IMG/VR virus record: IMGVR_UViG_3300044557_000107
Location: 32,001 to 96,000 of that record
DNA length: 64,000 nucleotides
Reading direction: 5' to 3' (one strand)
Source: a virus
Taxonomy: Duplodnaviria > Caudoviricetes
Part shown: positions 44,082 through 54,186 of the stretch, piece after piece
Layout of the letters: each line of letters opens with the position of its first letter
How positions within the stretch are numbered: position 1 is the stretch's first letter
Made by a program: the position numbers and the translations under genes
Notes under the pieces: generated by a model
The model's input: the letters and a program-made list of their open reading frames with translations, nothing else
Told to the model about the DNA's origin: nothing
Database searches by the model: none

Positions 44082-47056
44082 TTCGGACGAGCAACATCTC
44101 CCGAAAATTTACCCCACCAATAACTTGTAGTCGCATCAAATTTTGAAAGCCCTGTTGAAGTATTATCAGCAATACACATGTTATTACCGATATATATTCC
44201 TACATGCCCCCGGGTTCCACTAGTATTCCAGAATACCAAGTCACCTTCTTTAAGATTTTTCCAGACATCACTTTTATCGCTTCCACTAACATGAGACAAC
44301 ACGGAGCTACTCCACATACTGTTTGTAGTTCCAATAGTAGAACCTGTTAGTGGATCACCAATGTCTTTATATAACCAACACATTGTGGACGAGCAATCTG
44401 CACTGGCGCCCGTTGTTGAGAATATGTCTTGGCTACCCCTACCGGCTCCTATAACATACCTAATAGACCCTTGACCATTCTTATTATAATAGCTTGTGAT
44501 TTTGCTTACAGCCGCTTGCGCCGCTGCTGTACCAGACTTAGTAGACCCATCAGATGAACTTGAATCGCTAGAGGAGCTACTAGACTCATCAACAGACCAT
44601 GCCATATTACTAAAGGTAGCTTCACCCATTAGTCCTCCTTGGAAGTCTGATGATTGCCCCCATAGGTTATTAAACCGATATTGGCCACTTTGGGGAAGAC
44701 CTCTAGTAACACCAAGGGTAGTTTCCCAACCGGACTGAAATGAGAAGCTATGAGAGACGGATTCAATATAAAATTCAAAGGTATCATTATAGTTATTTAG
44801 ATATACAGTAACACGGTCCCCAACTCGGTAATCTGGATGACCTACGACAACAATATCTCCGCTATAAAAATTAGGGTTATCGGCATACCAATTGAATAAT
44901 CTTTGTGTAAACTTTTTAAGGGAACTAGCAGAGCTATCTATTGTAGATGCATTAGTTGTTTTTGTAGTAGAACCTTTTACAATACTTTCTAGGTCCTTTT
45001 TAGATAGCTTATTACCTCCGTTATGATACTGATCCCATATAGCTAGTAATTCATTATCATCTACATTTTTTAGGGTGGACTTAGCTAATTTCATATAGTC
45101 TACAATGTCGCCTTTAGAATCACTAATAACCTTTTTTACATTAGACACATTTAAGGCTTTAGTTCCGGTATTAGCATATCCCCCACCTTGTGAAATGTGC
45201 ATATCGTCATTCCACTTAGTAGTAGGAAGTTGAAAGTCATTGTTGATATAATCATTAATTAAATTTACAGCCTCTTGTGCTGAAATATTATTAGCACTAT
45301 TTGTAAGGTTTTGAGCATACGTAGCTTTATTAATTCGTAATAAATTACGGTCAATAGCATTTAAGAAGGCTACAGTTGAATCATACGTGTAGGTAGTACC
45401 ATGTTCAGCACTATCCGTGTCACCTTTACTATAATCAGAATTACTACCGGATTCTGCATCACCCATGCTGAGATACTGATTAGTTTTTTCAAGGTAGCTG
45501 TACCCATACTGATCAACTAAAGTTTGATTATACTGGGGGTAGGACCCAATTGCTCCTGAGTTATTAGTGATACTGAACAAAGAGTAACTATCAGGATTTA
45601 CGTTGAATACAGAGTAAGCCTGTGCATTTGACTGGTTAACAGTAACGTTTTTTATAGACCCAGAATCAATCTCAATAGTCTCTAAAGAATTCCAATCATC
45701 AGGATCGAAAGGGGTTCTACGTACATTTACATGACACAGCCCCGTAGACTCAAATTCAAAATAGAGTTCATTGAAAGGTTCTACACGAATATCATCCATA
45801 AGTTCTAATAGAGATCCACTAAATGAGGTGTACTGAGTAGAGTCTGTTAGTTTTTCATCAACATCCCAACTTTGAAAATTACTGGTATCTAAAAAGTCAA
45901 AGATAGTTTTGGAGCCGTTATCATAACTATAGTTTATATAGGGCTTGAAACGTTCTATAATTTCATTTTCAATGGTAGCTACATCATTACCCATAAATGC
46001 AACGCCAGTACTATTCTCTTTTTCGGAGTCGATAGAACTAGAAGAAGCATCTACATTTCCTGATGTAGACCCACTGCTATCGCTACTACCAGAAGATGAA
46101 CTACTATCATCACCGGAAGAATCTCCGCCATTATACTCAGCGTAACCAGTTTCTAGGTTTTTTGTGTAATGAGCTAAGTTATCTCCAAAGTAGTTATGTG
46201 CTTTAAGAATTTGGGCAAATTGAGGAATACTAGTAGCATTTTGAACACCATCATTATAGAGAGTTGTGGCATAATCACTAGCATAAGCACTCCATGAAGA
46301 ATATTTATAGCTAGGTCCTACATGCATACCTGTTAGATTTTTAGAAGAGTATGCGGGGGCTCCTGGTTGGTCTTTTCCTCCGGATTCTGCCATGATTTGA
46401 GCAAATACATATCCCGACTTAAGCCCAATAGCTTTAGTGACGGCTTTATCAATAGCACGTGCAATAGGCTTACCGGGTCCTGCGTTAGTATCTACATTGA
46501 CCGTTATTTTTTTACCCGAGGTTGACGAAGATGTATTTGTAGAACTATCATCGCTATCACCAGATGAGCTAGATTCTGCTTCATAATCCGCATTTGTATC
46601 CCATAGCCATCCCATATTTGAAAGGTTAACTTGGGCTTCTTCAATAAGTCCTAATTTATACTGAGAGAATACTTTAGATAAGCTTTGACCCGTGATTTGA
46701 TAATATAAATTGTTATTTTCAAATTCGCCAATAATGTCTATTTCAGAAACCATGCCCACGAAAATAACATTATTATTAACAGTACCAATATTAGCACTTC
46801 CAACACCCATATTTGGATCTGCTCGAATAATAATGATATCGTTTTCATTAACAACATAATCCCACCGGTAGTCTCCAGCAAGCATAACAGAAAATGCAGG
46901 GGAATCCAACGACATATCATTTGAAGTACTCAATCCAAGCAATCCTTTAGTTAAGGTGTCATTTGATAGGGTGTCGTCTGAATAACTAATCTGGTACCCA
47001 TTAGACGAACTATGGATTTCTAATGAAAAGTTAGGAAACATTATGTTGTTTGCCAA
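44078..47056 (-). CDS. Tail lysin / baseplate hub with glucosaminidase-like insertion and C-terminal NlpC/P60 domain
   Basis: PFNELYF and RRTPFDP hub motifs; AQIMAESG...NLTGM; DCSS...HVGIYIG. Confidence 0.85.
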   Translation of the reverse strand: MANNIMFPNFSLEIHSSSNGYQISYSDDTLSNDTLTKGLLGLSTSNDMSLDSPAFSVMLAGDYRWDYVVNENDIIIIRADPNMGVGSANIGTVNNNVIFVGMVSEIDIIGEFENNNLYYQITGQSLSKVFSQYKLGLIEEAQVNLSNMGWLWDTNADYEAESSSSGDSDDSSTNTSSSTSGKKITVNVDTNAGPGKPIARAIDKAVTKAIGLKSGYVFAQIMAESGGKDQPGAPAYSSKNLTGMHVGPSYKYSSWSAYASDYATTLYNDGVQNATSIPQFAQILKAHNYFGDNLAHYTKNLETGYAEYNGGDSSGDDSSSSSGSSDSSGSTSGNVDASSSSIDSEKENSTGVAFMGNDVATIENEIIERFKPYINYSYDNGSKTIFDFLDTSNFQSWDVDEKLTDSTQYTSFSGSLLELMDDIRVEPFNELYFEFESTGLCHVNVRRTPFDPDDWNSLETIEIDSGSIKNVTVNQSNAQAYSVFNVNPDSYSLFSITNNSGAIGSYPQYNQTLVDQYGYSYLEKTNQYLSMGDAESGSNSDYSKGDTDSAEHGTTYTYDSTVAFLNAIDRNLLRINKATYAQNLTNSANNISAQEAVNLINDYINNDFQLPTTKWNDDMHISQGGGYANTGTKALNVSNVKKVISDSKGDIVDYMKLAKSTLKNVDDNELLAIWDQYHNGGNKLSKKDLESIVKGSTTKTTNASTIDSSASSLKKFTQRLFNWYADNPNFYSGDIVVVGHPDYRVGDRVTVYLNNYNDTFEFYIESVSHSFSFQSGWETTLGVTRGLPQSGQYRFNNLWGQSSDFQGGLMGEATFSNMAWSVDESSSSSSDSSSSDGSTKSGTAAAQAAVSKITSYYNKNGQGSIRYVIGAGRGSQDIFSTTGASADCSSTMCWLYKDIGDPLTGSTIGTTNSMWSSSVLSHVSGSDKSDVWKNLKEGDLVFWNTSGTRGHVGIYIGNNMCIADNTSTGLSKFDATTSYWWGKFSGDVARPK

Positions 47057-47071
47057 ATTACACCCTTCTTT

Positions 47072-50000
47072 CTATGACTGTTGTGACCAGTTTACTGTAT
47101 GATCACTTAAGCTACTTTTTAATTTGGTAGCAATCTTATTTCCGATAGTTGTTCCTGTTGCATTAGCATCATCAATATTACCATTAACATTGACTGTAAT
47201 TGGAATATTTATCCCACCAGAGTTTCCTCCCGAGGTAACCCCTGTTTTCTGAGCGGCATAGGCGGCTAGCGCTTTAGAACGTCCACTAGAAGCGGCACTT
47301 CCACCAGTAGGAACCACAGTTTCTTCGGAGTTCTCTGATATCCATGAAAGCGTAGGCTTTTCAATAACATTACCCGTGGCATTAGCCGTGGGTGCTTTGG
47401 ATCCTGTATTAATAGTCGTATTTGCGCTATAGGATGATCCCGATTTGCTTGTGGTAGTCTTTGTTGTGGAAGACGAAGAACTAGAACTAGAACTTTGAGT
47501 AATTGCACTAGCATTACTTGCTTTACCAAAGAAACCGTTTTGGGCTCTAGCTTGTTCTAGCAGTTGGGCTGTTTGATCAAGGTTACGTTTTTCTTTATCT
47601 GTGGCCTTGACTTTCTTATTGTCGTTAATGGTACTTGCCCTACTAATTTCTTTTTTAAGACGACTTCCTGCTTTAGTAACACCATCAAAAGCTTTGGTAC
47701 CACCAAAGTACCCGGCGATACCTCCAATAAGCCCTCCAGCGGCTTCTCCAATCCCGGTCTCACCAAGTACAGGAATAGCCGCACCAATTCCAGCTCCTAC
47801 TTCACCACCGGCAACTGCACCACCCCAACCAGATGCATCACGAGCACCCGTCTTAACAGCTTTTCTTCTGGCCGTTCTTTTCGCGTTTGCTTGTGCTCTT
47901 TTTCTACTTTGGCCTTTATTCTCATTAGCAATTTCAGCAGATTCTTTTGTCGAAGTATAGGTTCCGTAGATATCCATAGCTGTGGTAGCTCCTGCAAGAA
48001 GCGCATTCCCTTTACCGCCTAAAAGTTTAGTCCCTTTTTCAAGAACGCTACCTGTCTTAGTCAGCACACTACCCGTTCGACCAGTCCGAAGCCAGCCACC
48101 TGCTTTGGTCCCATATTTTCCAATGGTTCTACTTAGTCTGGAATTAGTAACTCTTGAGGTAGCTCTATAAGCACGATCTCGGATTCCGCCAGACTTTCCT
48201 CCGCCACCACCTACAACAGTTGTTTTAGACGAAGTACCTTCGCCGGTTCCTCCAGTTTTATTACTAGTATTTTCTCTGGTTTTAGACGTTGTTTCCTTAG
48301 TCGCCGTAGTCTCATTATAAGAACTACTAGTCCCTGTTTTAATAGATTCTGCAATTTTAGCCTCAAGAATTGCTTTAACAATCTGTGCAGTTCCCAGTCC
48401 GGTTGCAGTTACGATAGAAGCTAATCCTGAAGGTAACTTGTTAACCGCAATACTAATACTATTAACATATTTACCAATGGTATTCTGCTCATTACTAATA
48501 GATTTCTCATATTGAGCAGTACTTTGAAAGTTTGATGAATCTGTAGAGCTATTATAAGACTTAGAGTTTTGATTCTTCCTATTACTACCCGTTATATTGT
48601 TTTCTTTTTCCCATTTTTTAATATCAGAAGACGTTAGGTCTCCCTTTTCAGTCATTTCTGCTAGGGACTTCGCGGCTTTAGGATCGGATACGAGTCCTAG
48701 TTTCTGGTAAGCAAGGGCGGCTGTAGATACATTTCCTCTGGAGTAATTTTTAACTATTCCAGATATATCTTGAATATTATTAGGGTTTGTAATACCTTCA
48801 GAAGCTTGGATCTCTGCTCTTAAGTATCCACTTTGTCCTTGAAACTTGGTAGGATTTGATTGAATTAAGGATCTTAAAAGAGTACTGTTACCCCCAGTAC
48901 CCGCGGACTTGAAGGCACTATTCATCTGATTAAGATTGTTTCCACCAGCAGTTCCTTTCCAAGAACTACCCCCGTTTTTAGCAAGGTATGTCTGAGTAGC
49001 AGATGCTGTTTTAATACCCGAGGTAGTTACCTTTTGAGTATCCGTTTGATTCTTAACAATTTGGGATAGGTACTTAACCTGTTCTTGTAAAAGCCCTTGC
49101 GTATTCGAGTTTTTAGCGCCCCCAATAGCTTGATTAACAATTGAGTTAACTTGACGGGAGTTAGTAGCCGCACCCCCAGAGATGGCTGTGTTCATAAGCT
49201 CATTATAGTTAGATATACCAAACCCAGAACTTCTAGCATTTTGCATAATAGTCTTTAAATAGGAACTTGATACATTAGGGTTAGAACCATAGTTAGCACC
49301 TTGGGCCAATTGCATATAGGCTAATGAATCGCTCATACCAAACCCGGTTGATCTTTGAGCACCAACATTAATGGCGCGATTACGTGCCGACTGTGCGCTT
49401 ATTCCCGAGTTGTCTCCGACTTGGAACGCTAAATCCGCGGTACGCATATTTAAGTTCTTTCCTTGAGAATACCGTCGAGTAAAGTTACCCGTAGTAGCCC
49501 CTAAAACGTTAGACGTAAACGATACTGCACGAGATTGGAGAATATCTTGAAAAGACCCTCGTTTAGGGTCTACTGTAGGGTTCGCAGAGTTAACTGAAGC
49601 ACTGGACTTTGATAAGTTTCCAGCGGCTTCATTAGTTGCTTGTGAAAGGCTATTCAATGACTTAATCAGCTTTGTTTCAGCATCTTCCTGAAGCTTTAAT
49701 TTTGCAAGCTGGTTGTTATATTCGCTTCCAGAAATATTTCCACTTGCAAAGTCTTGAGTAGCAATACTTCGTTGTTGCTGATACATATTTATATTTTCTT
49801 GAGAAGACTGCCGTTGTTGCTTGATCCAGTCTTGCTGTTGCTGAATCATTTTTGATCCGTCACGGCTATCTCTTGAGAATCTTTGACTATCAATATAAGA
49901 CATATGCCCAGAGTCTACAGCCCTATTTGCACGTTCTCTTTGTCTAGTGCCTAAGTTGCTTACTTGACGTTGACGCATACGAATGTTTTCATGAGCTTCT

Positions 50001-50419
50001 CGGTGAGATATATCATCAGTACTACCCGCATAAGAACGTTTAGCAGAGTTCCAAGCGCCTCTAGAAATTCCAGATTGGCTCTCACTAACTAATTCTTTAA
50101 ACATTGCTCGGGTAGAATCTAACTGCTTTTCTAACTGCTGTGCTTGTTGTTGCAAATTAGTAAGTTCTCGGCTGTTACCCGCAGTACTAGCTTGCTGTTG
50201 TAGTTTATTTAAGCTACCCTGAGCAGTACCTGATAAGGTGTTAACTAGTTTCATTTGGGCTACTAAGTTCTGAAATCCAGTACTACTGGTATAGCCACCA
50301 GACTTAAGCATAGTTTCGCCGCGTTCAGCAATACTATCCTGCAATTGACTAATTTGCTCTAATGCTTTTTGTGCTTGGCTTGCATCAGAAGTAACTTCAA
50401 AGTTATATTTATTTGCCAC
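47072..50419 (-). CDS. Tape measure protein
   Basis: Long A/S/Q/G-rich helical protein after the chaperone pair; GAxxGA region. Confidence 0.85.
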   Translation of the reverse strand: MANKYNFEVTSDASQAQKALEQISQLQDSIAERGETMLKSGGYTSSTGFQNLVAQMKLVNTLSGTAQGSLNKLQQQASTAGNSRELTNLQQQAQQLEKQLDSTRAMFKELVSESQSGISRGAWNSAKRSYAGSTDDISHREAHENIRMRQRQVSNLGTRQRERANRAVDSGHMSYIDSQRFSRDSRDGSKMIQQQQDWIKQQRQSSQENINMYQQQRSIATQDFASGNISGSEYNNQLAKLKLQEDAETKLIKSLNSLSQATNEAAGNLSKSSASVNSANPTVDPKRGSFQDILQSRAVSFTSNVLGATTGNFTRRYSQGKNLNMRTADLAFQVGDNSGISAQSARNRAINVGAQRSTGFGMSDSLAYMQLAQGANYGSNPNVSSSYLKTIMQNARSSGFGISNYNELMNTAISGGAATNSRQVNSIVNQAIGGAKNSNTQGLLQEQVKYLSQIVKNQTDTQKVTTSGIKTASATQTYLAKNGGSSWKGTAGGNNLNQMNSAFKSAGTGGNSTLLRSLIQSNPTKFQGQSGYLRAEIQASEGITNPNNIQDISGIVKNYSRGNVSTAALAYQKLGLVSDPKAAKSLAEMTEKGDLTSSDIKKWEKENNITGSNRKNQNSKSYNSSTDSSNFQSTAQYEKSISNEQNTIGKYVNSISIAVNKLPSGLASIVTATGLGTAQIVKAILEAKIAESIKTGTSSSYNETTATKETTSKTRENTSNKTGGTGEGTSSKTTVVGGGGGKSGGIRDRAYRATSRVTNSRLSRTIGKYGTKAGGWLRTGRTGSVLTKTGSVLEKGTKLLGGKGNALLAGATTAMDIYGTYTSTKESAEIANENKGQSRKRAQANAKRTARRKAVKTGARDASGWGGAVAGGEVGAGIGAAIPVLGETGIGEAAGGLIGGIAGYFGGTKAFDGVTKAGSRLKKEISRASTINDNKKVKATDKEKRNLDQTAQLLEQARAQNGFFGKASNASAITQSSSSSSSSSTTKTTTSKSGSSYSANTTINTGSKAPTANATGNVIEKPTLSWISENSEETVVPTGGSAASSGRSKALAAYAAQKTGVTSGGNSGGINIPITVNVNGNIDDANATGTTIGNKIATKLKSSLSDHTVNWSQQS

Positions 50420-50424
50420 GAGTA

Positions 50425-51051
50425 CTATTCCACCTTCTTAGTAATTGTATTAGCCCGGCTCTTACCAATAGATTCTAGATATTTGGACTTCTCTTGCATT
50501 TCTTTCAGTTTTTGCTTAGCCTCTATATTTTTAGAGTCTAATATTTGCTTTTGATTGTACTTAGTGAAGTTTCGTTCGAAGTCTCCCCCAGCTTTTTCCA
50601 TGAAGTCCTTCTGTTCTTTACGACTAAGTTCTTCTAGCTGAGCTTCAATTTTAGACTTAGACATCCCCTCCGGAATTAGTTCAAAGTCTCCATCTTTGTC
50701 TTTCCATGAAGTATCGTCATCTCTAAAGCTATTCTGTTCTCCTTTAAGAACTCGACTTCCTTTATTGTCATAACCATATATTTTACGCTTAGAATTTCCA
50801 GAAGAATTATCATTAGAATCCTCTAAAGAATCTTGTGAGTTTTCTAATGCTTGAGATTCTTCAAGTTGCATTTCTTGGTAAGCCATAAGATACCAAGTAA
50901 CCTGATCTTCTGATAAATTATTAATTAAAGGATCTCCAGGAAGTGTATGGGACAAGTACATGACTCTAAAGTAATTTTTAGATAGATTAGTCTTAACTAG
51001 TTTGCTTATCTCGGTATTATTGTCATTTTTAGAAGTCTTATTAAAGCTGAA
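50425..51051 (-). CDS. Tail assembly chaperone, frameshift (GT-like) extension
   Basis: Overlaps the upstream chaperone in the +1 frame; TLPGDP motif; directly before the tape measure gene. Confidence 0.7.
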   Translation of the reverse strand, partial: FSFNKTSKNDNNTEISKLVKTNLSKNYFRVMYLSHTLPGDPLINNLSEDQVTWYLMAYQEMQLEESQALENSQDSLEDSNDNSSGNSKRKIYGYDNKGSRVLKGEQNSFRDDDTSWKDKDGDFELIPEGMSKSKIEAQLEELSRKEQKDFMEKAGGDFERNFTKYNQKQILDSKNIEAKQKLKEMQEKSKYLESIGKSRANTITKKVE

Positions 51052-51562
51052 ACTGATCCTTCCAATTAAGGAAGTCTTCTCCAATCACATACAGAATATC
51101 TGTATTATAAATATTTTCAGGATCTTGTAGGATTGCTGGAAGATTTCTACCGTATAGCTCAAGTAATTTCATAGTGTAATAGACAATATATTGGTAATCA
51201 GGTATGCCACCAGTTACATCGGGGAATAGAGACCAGACAAAATTCTTGATAGGGGCTTCTTCTAAGGCGTTAGGTGTTTTTATTTCAATATCGAATTCAA
51301 CACCCATTTCTTTAAAGTCAAAATGATGAGTATAAATATCGTTAACACCTTTAAGAATAATACGTAATTTATTAGCGTCATCAATAGTATTCTGTGGATT
51401 TACCGTAGTAGTTGTGGTTGTAACAGTATGTTCTTTTTTAGTTTCTACTTCTTTAGCTTCTTCCAACTTCTTTTGTGAGCTCTCTGGGGCGTCCTTAACT
51501 GCTTTTTGTTGGAGTAATTGATGCTGTTCTTCTATTTTTGCTTGAATTTCCTTACTAGCCAT
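51041..51562 (-). CDS. Tail assembly chaperone (G-like)
   Basis: ILKGVND, PNALEE and IYNTDILYVIGEDF motifs; position between tube and tape measure. Confidence 0.75.
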   Translation of the reverse strand: MASKEIQAKIEEQHQLLQQKAVKDAPESSQKKLEEAKEVETKKEHTVTTTTTTVNPQNTIDDANKLRIILKGVNDIYTHHFDFKEMGVEFDIEIKTPNALEEAPIKNFVWSLFPDVTGGIPDYQYIVYYTMKLLELYGRNLPAILQDPENIYNTDILYVIGEDFLNWKDQFQL

Positions 51563-51597
51563 GTAATTTTCTCACTTTCTTTGTTAGTTTCTAGTTA

Positions 51598-51605
51598 TAA
51601 TCTAG
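51598..51605 (-). promoter_or_regulatory. Putative late promoter CTAGATTA
   Basis: After the tube terminator, before the chaperone. Confidence 0.6.
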
Positions 51606-51616
51606 TTGTTTGAACT

Positions 51617-51646
51617 AAAAAAGAATCCCTTATTAGGATTCTTTTT
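51617..51646. terminator. Rho-independent terminator after the tail tube gene
   Basis: AAAAAGAATCC-loop-GGATTCTTTTT. Confidence 0.8.
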
Positions 51647-51664
51647 ACTAGGGTTCTTAATTAT

Positions 51665-52090
51665 TTAGCTTCCCGCATTTGCATTAAGGAAGGTAAATTC
51701 AATTTCTTCTGTAACTAATTCATTAGCTCGAATAGTTAGACGGTAGCTATTAGCAGTACAGCTACGGTAAGCGGCGACAACGTTACCAGTACCTTTATCA
51801 GTAATGATAACGTCAATGACACCCTTAGTAAGAATCTCATCTGCGCCAATTGCCGCGATACCTAATTCAATTAGATCACTACTCCGGAGACGCATATCTT
51901 CCAAAGTTACAGTACCTTGGTACTTTAAGTAATCTGATTCAACCGGAGCAGTACTACCAATTTGGTATACGTTTGTCGTTCCAAACTCTACTGTTGAACT
52001 TGCATCTTGTGCACGACCAATGATATTACCAGCAATAGAGATGCTGACAAGATCCGCAGAGAATGTAGTTTGACTAGTTTTATCAGCCAT
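51665..52090 (-). CDS. Tail tube protein
   Basis: IGRAQ, FGT..VYQIGS..P.E..YLKY.G.VT motifs. Confidence 0.9.
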   Translation of the reverse strand: MADKTSQTTFSADLVSISIAGNIIGRAQDASSTVEFGTTNVYQIGSTAPVESDYLKYQGTVTLEDMRLRSSDLIELGIAAIGADEILTKGVIDVIITDKGTGNVVAAYRSCTANSYRLTIRANELVTEEIEFTFLNANAGS

Positions 52091-52108
52091 TTAAATATTC
52101 ACTCTCCT

Positions 52109-53944
52109 TTAAGATGTTGACGTCGAAGTTGACAGGGTTGACTGGTCATATACAAGTCCTAAGCTAACATGCTTAATATTACGACTAATATCAACAACCA
52201 TGTCTATTTGCCATTTACTTCCGTCTTGATTGATTGTCGTTACAGTAACGTTTGAAGCGTCATAAGCATAGATAAGTCCATCAGTGATAGCACCATCTAA
52301 GAAGCTTAACATTTTGGTTTTGATTGTTGATGGGCTGTTAGCCGCAACCTTTTGACCAATTAAGTTATTATCAATATAATTATTTGCGGCGGTAACAATC
52401 ATATCAGAAGCTTCACCTACACCCATTTCAGTATCAACAGGACTAGTAGATCCATTGCTTGCATAAGTTGATACATCATCGGTAATACGGAAGCTCGATG
52501 TAGATGACGAGTTACGAACATGTTGTATTGCGATAACGCCAGCGCCATCAAGAGAGTTGAGGTCGTCAATATCAAAGGTTACATCGCAACCCACAATATT
52601 TAGGTACTTATACGTTACTGAATCACCTTTTGGCAACCCTGAAGCGATACCCGCAACCATGGCCGCGGCCATATAGGCTGGGTAGGACGCGGTAGTTCCT
52701 GTAGTAGCATTCGTAATTTGAACACTGTTAGCAACTAGGTATCCACGGTCAGAGTCTAGTTGAGCGGCCCGAGAAATAGCTTCTTTCTTGGACTCGCTAA
52801 TGCCGCCACCAACGATAACACGCATAGGGTTTGCTAAATTAGCCTGTGCTTGTACATAAGCATTTGCTTCGGATTGAATAGACTGATCCGCAGTAAGTGG
52901 AACAATGTAGAAAGCGCCATCTTCATTACTAAACAAGTTAAAGTAATTTGCCCAGCTAGAAGGACTAATCCCCGTACTACCACCCGTTAAGTTGGTTGCA
53001 CTAAAGTTAGTTACAGGTACTTCCGCAGTTTCCGCAGTGGCTGTGATAGTTGCAACACCATTTGACACATTTACGGATACATTTGTAGGTTCTGATACGA
53101 CTCCTCCAAAAGGATCATAGGATACACTAACAGTGTTGTCGTATTCTACAGCGTTCAAAATATCCCCAGCAAGAGCTGTAAAGGTGGTTTCGGAAGTTTT
53201 TAAAGGAACTTCGTCTGTAGAATCTAAATAGTAACTATAAATGTTATGGTTACCCACACTAAAGAAATCAGCAGTAAATCCACTGATGTTATTAATGGTA
53301 TTAATCAAATCGCCTAGTTTAGGCTGGGCGGAAGATGATCCAAGATCAATAGTAGATACTACAGTAGCAGTGCTTTGGGAAGCCCCAGCTTTAAGTGTTA
53401 AAGTATCGGCGTACCCAGTATCATCATGATGAACTTGCGCAGAAGCATAGTTAAAAGTACCACTATAAGATAGTACAAGTACATTTCCTAGATTATCGTA
53501 GGTAGTATTAACATTGTCTGTATTGAAGCGAATATTTAATCGTTTGGTATTTGTAATTAAGTTATCAGTTAAGCTAACTTGAATTTCATTTGCCAAGCTA
53601 CTATAAAGATCTGAGGTAAACGTCAAAGGTCCTTCGACAAGAGAGGCTTGAGTTGCTGGTTGTGCACGAGTTGCAAGGATATCTCCAGCATAATAAGTTC
53701 CATCTGGAGTTGGATTCCAAGCTAACTGAATTGCATCAAGCAAATCGCCACTCCGCAGTACGTCTTTTGCGTTACTGTAGTTAGTAAACTTATAAACTAC
53801 TCCGGGTTCTCCACCTTCGGAAGTACCTACAAGCATTAATTTCTTGTCGCTTGAACTTGACGTTCCTGTAATGGCGCTGTCATTTACAGTAGTTTGTACG
53901 CCCGGGATAGTGTTAGCATATTTCGGGTACTTAGTAATTGCCAT
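52109..53944 (-). CDS. Contractile tail sheath protein
   Basis: GGEPG.VY, LRSGDLLDAI..AWNP, YDNLG and FRITDDVST motifs. Confidence 0.93.
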   Translation of the reverse strand: MAITKYPKYANTIPGVQTTVNDSAITGTSSSSDKKLMLVGTSEGGEPGVVYKFTNYSNAKDVLRSGDLLDAIQLAWNPTPDGTYYAGDILATRAQPATQASLVEGPLTFTSDLYSSLANEIQVSLTDNLITNTKRLNIRFNTDNVNTTYDNLGNVLVLSYSGTFNYASAQVHHDDTGYADTLTLKAGASQSTATVVSTIDLGSSSAQPKLGDLINTINNISGFTADFFSVGNHNIYSYYLDSTDEVPLKTSETTFTALAGDILNAVEYDNTVSVSYDPFGGVVSEPTNVSVNVSNGVATITATAETAEVPVTNFSATNLTGGSTGISPSSWANYFNLFSNEDGAFYIVPLTADQSIQSEANAYVQAQANLANPMRVIVGGGISESKKEAISRAAQLDSDRGYLVANSVQITNATTGTTASYPAYMAAAMVAGIASGLPKGDSVTYKYLNIVGCDVTFDIDDLNSLDGAGVIAIQHVRNSSSTSSFRITDDVSTYASNGSTSPVDTEMGVGEASDMIVTAANNYIDNNLIGQKVAANSPSTIKTKMLSFLDGAITDGLIYAYDASNVTVTTINQDGSKWQIDMVVDISRNIKHVSLGLVYDQSTLSTSTSTS

Positions 53945-53947
53945 ACA

Positions 53948-54157
53948 TTAGGACTCCTTGTTCAAAAATTTATTTAGGTAAGGAATAAAATCAACGTCTT
54001 TAGGAAGAACAGAATTACCTTGCATAAACGTTTTAAATCCGGCTACTTGCATATAGTTCATGTGGTACATAGGAATTGCTGTCTGTAAGAAAGCATCTAT
54101 GTCTACCCACGGGGTATCCGTAATTTTATTCACTTTATTATTCTTTCTATTAGTCAT
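53948..54157 (-). CDS. Small conserved protein before the sheath gene
   Basis: VDIDAFL.TA...AGFK..M; start MTNR at 54157 preferred. Confidence 0.65.
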   Translation of the reverse strand: MTNRKNNKVNKITDTPWVDIDAFLQTAIPMYHMNYMQVAGFKTFMQGNSVLPKDVDFIPYLNKFLNKES

Positions 54158-54178
54158 TATTTTCCTGCCTTTCAAAAA

Positions 54179-54186
54179 TAATATAG
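54179..54186 (-). promoter_or_regulatory. Putative late promoter CTATATTA (sheath/tube operon)
   Basis: Motif plus downstream TTTTTGAAAG. Confidence 0.6.
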
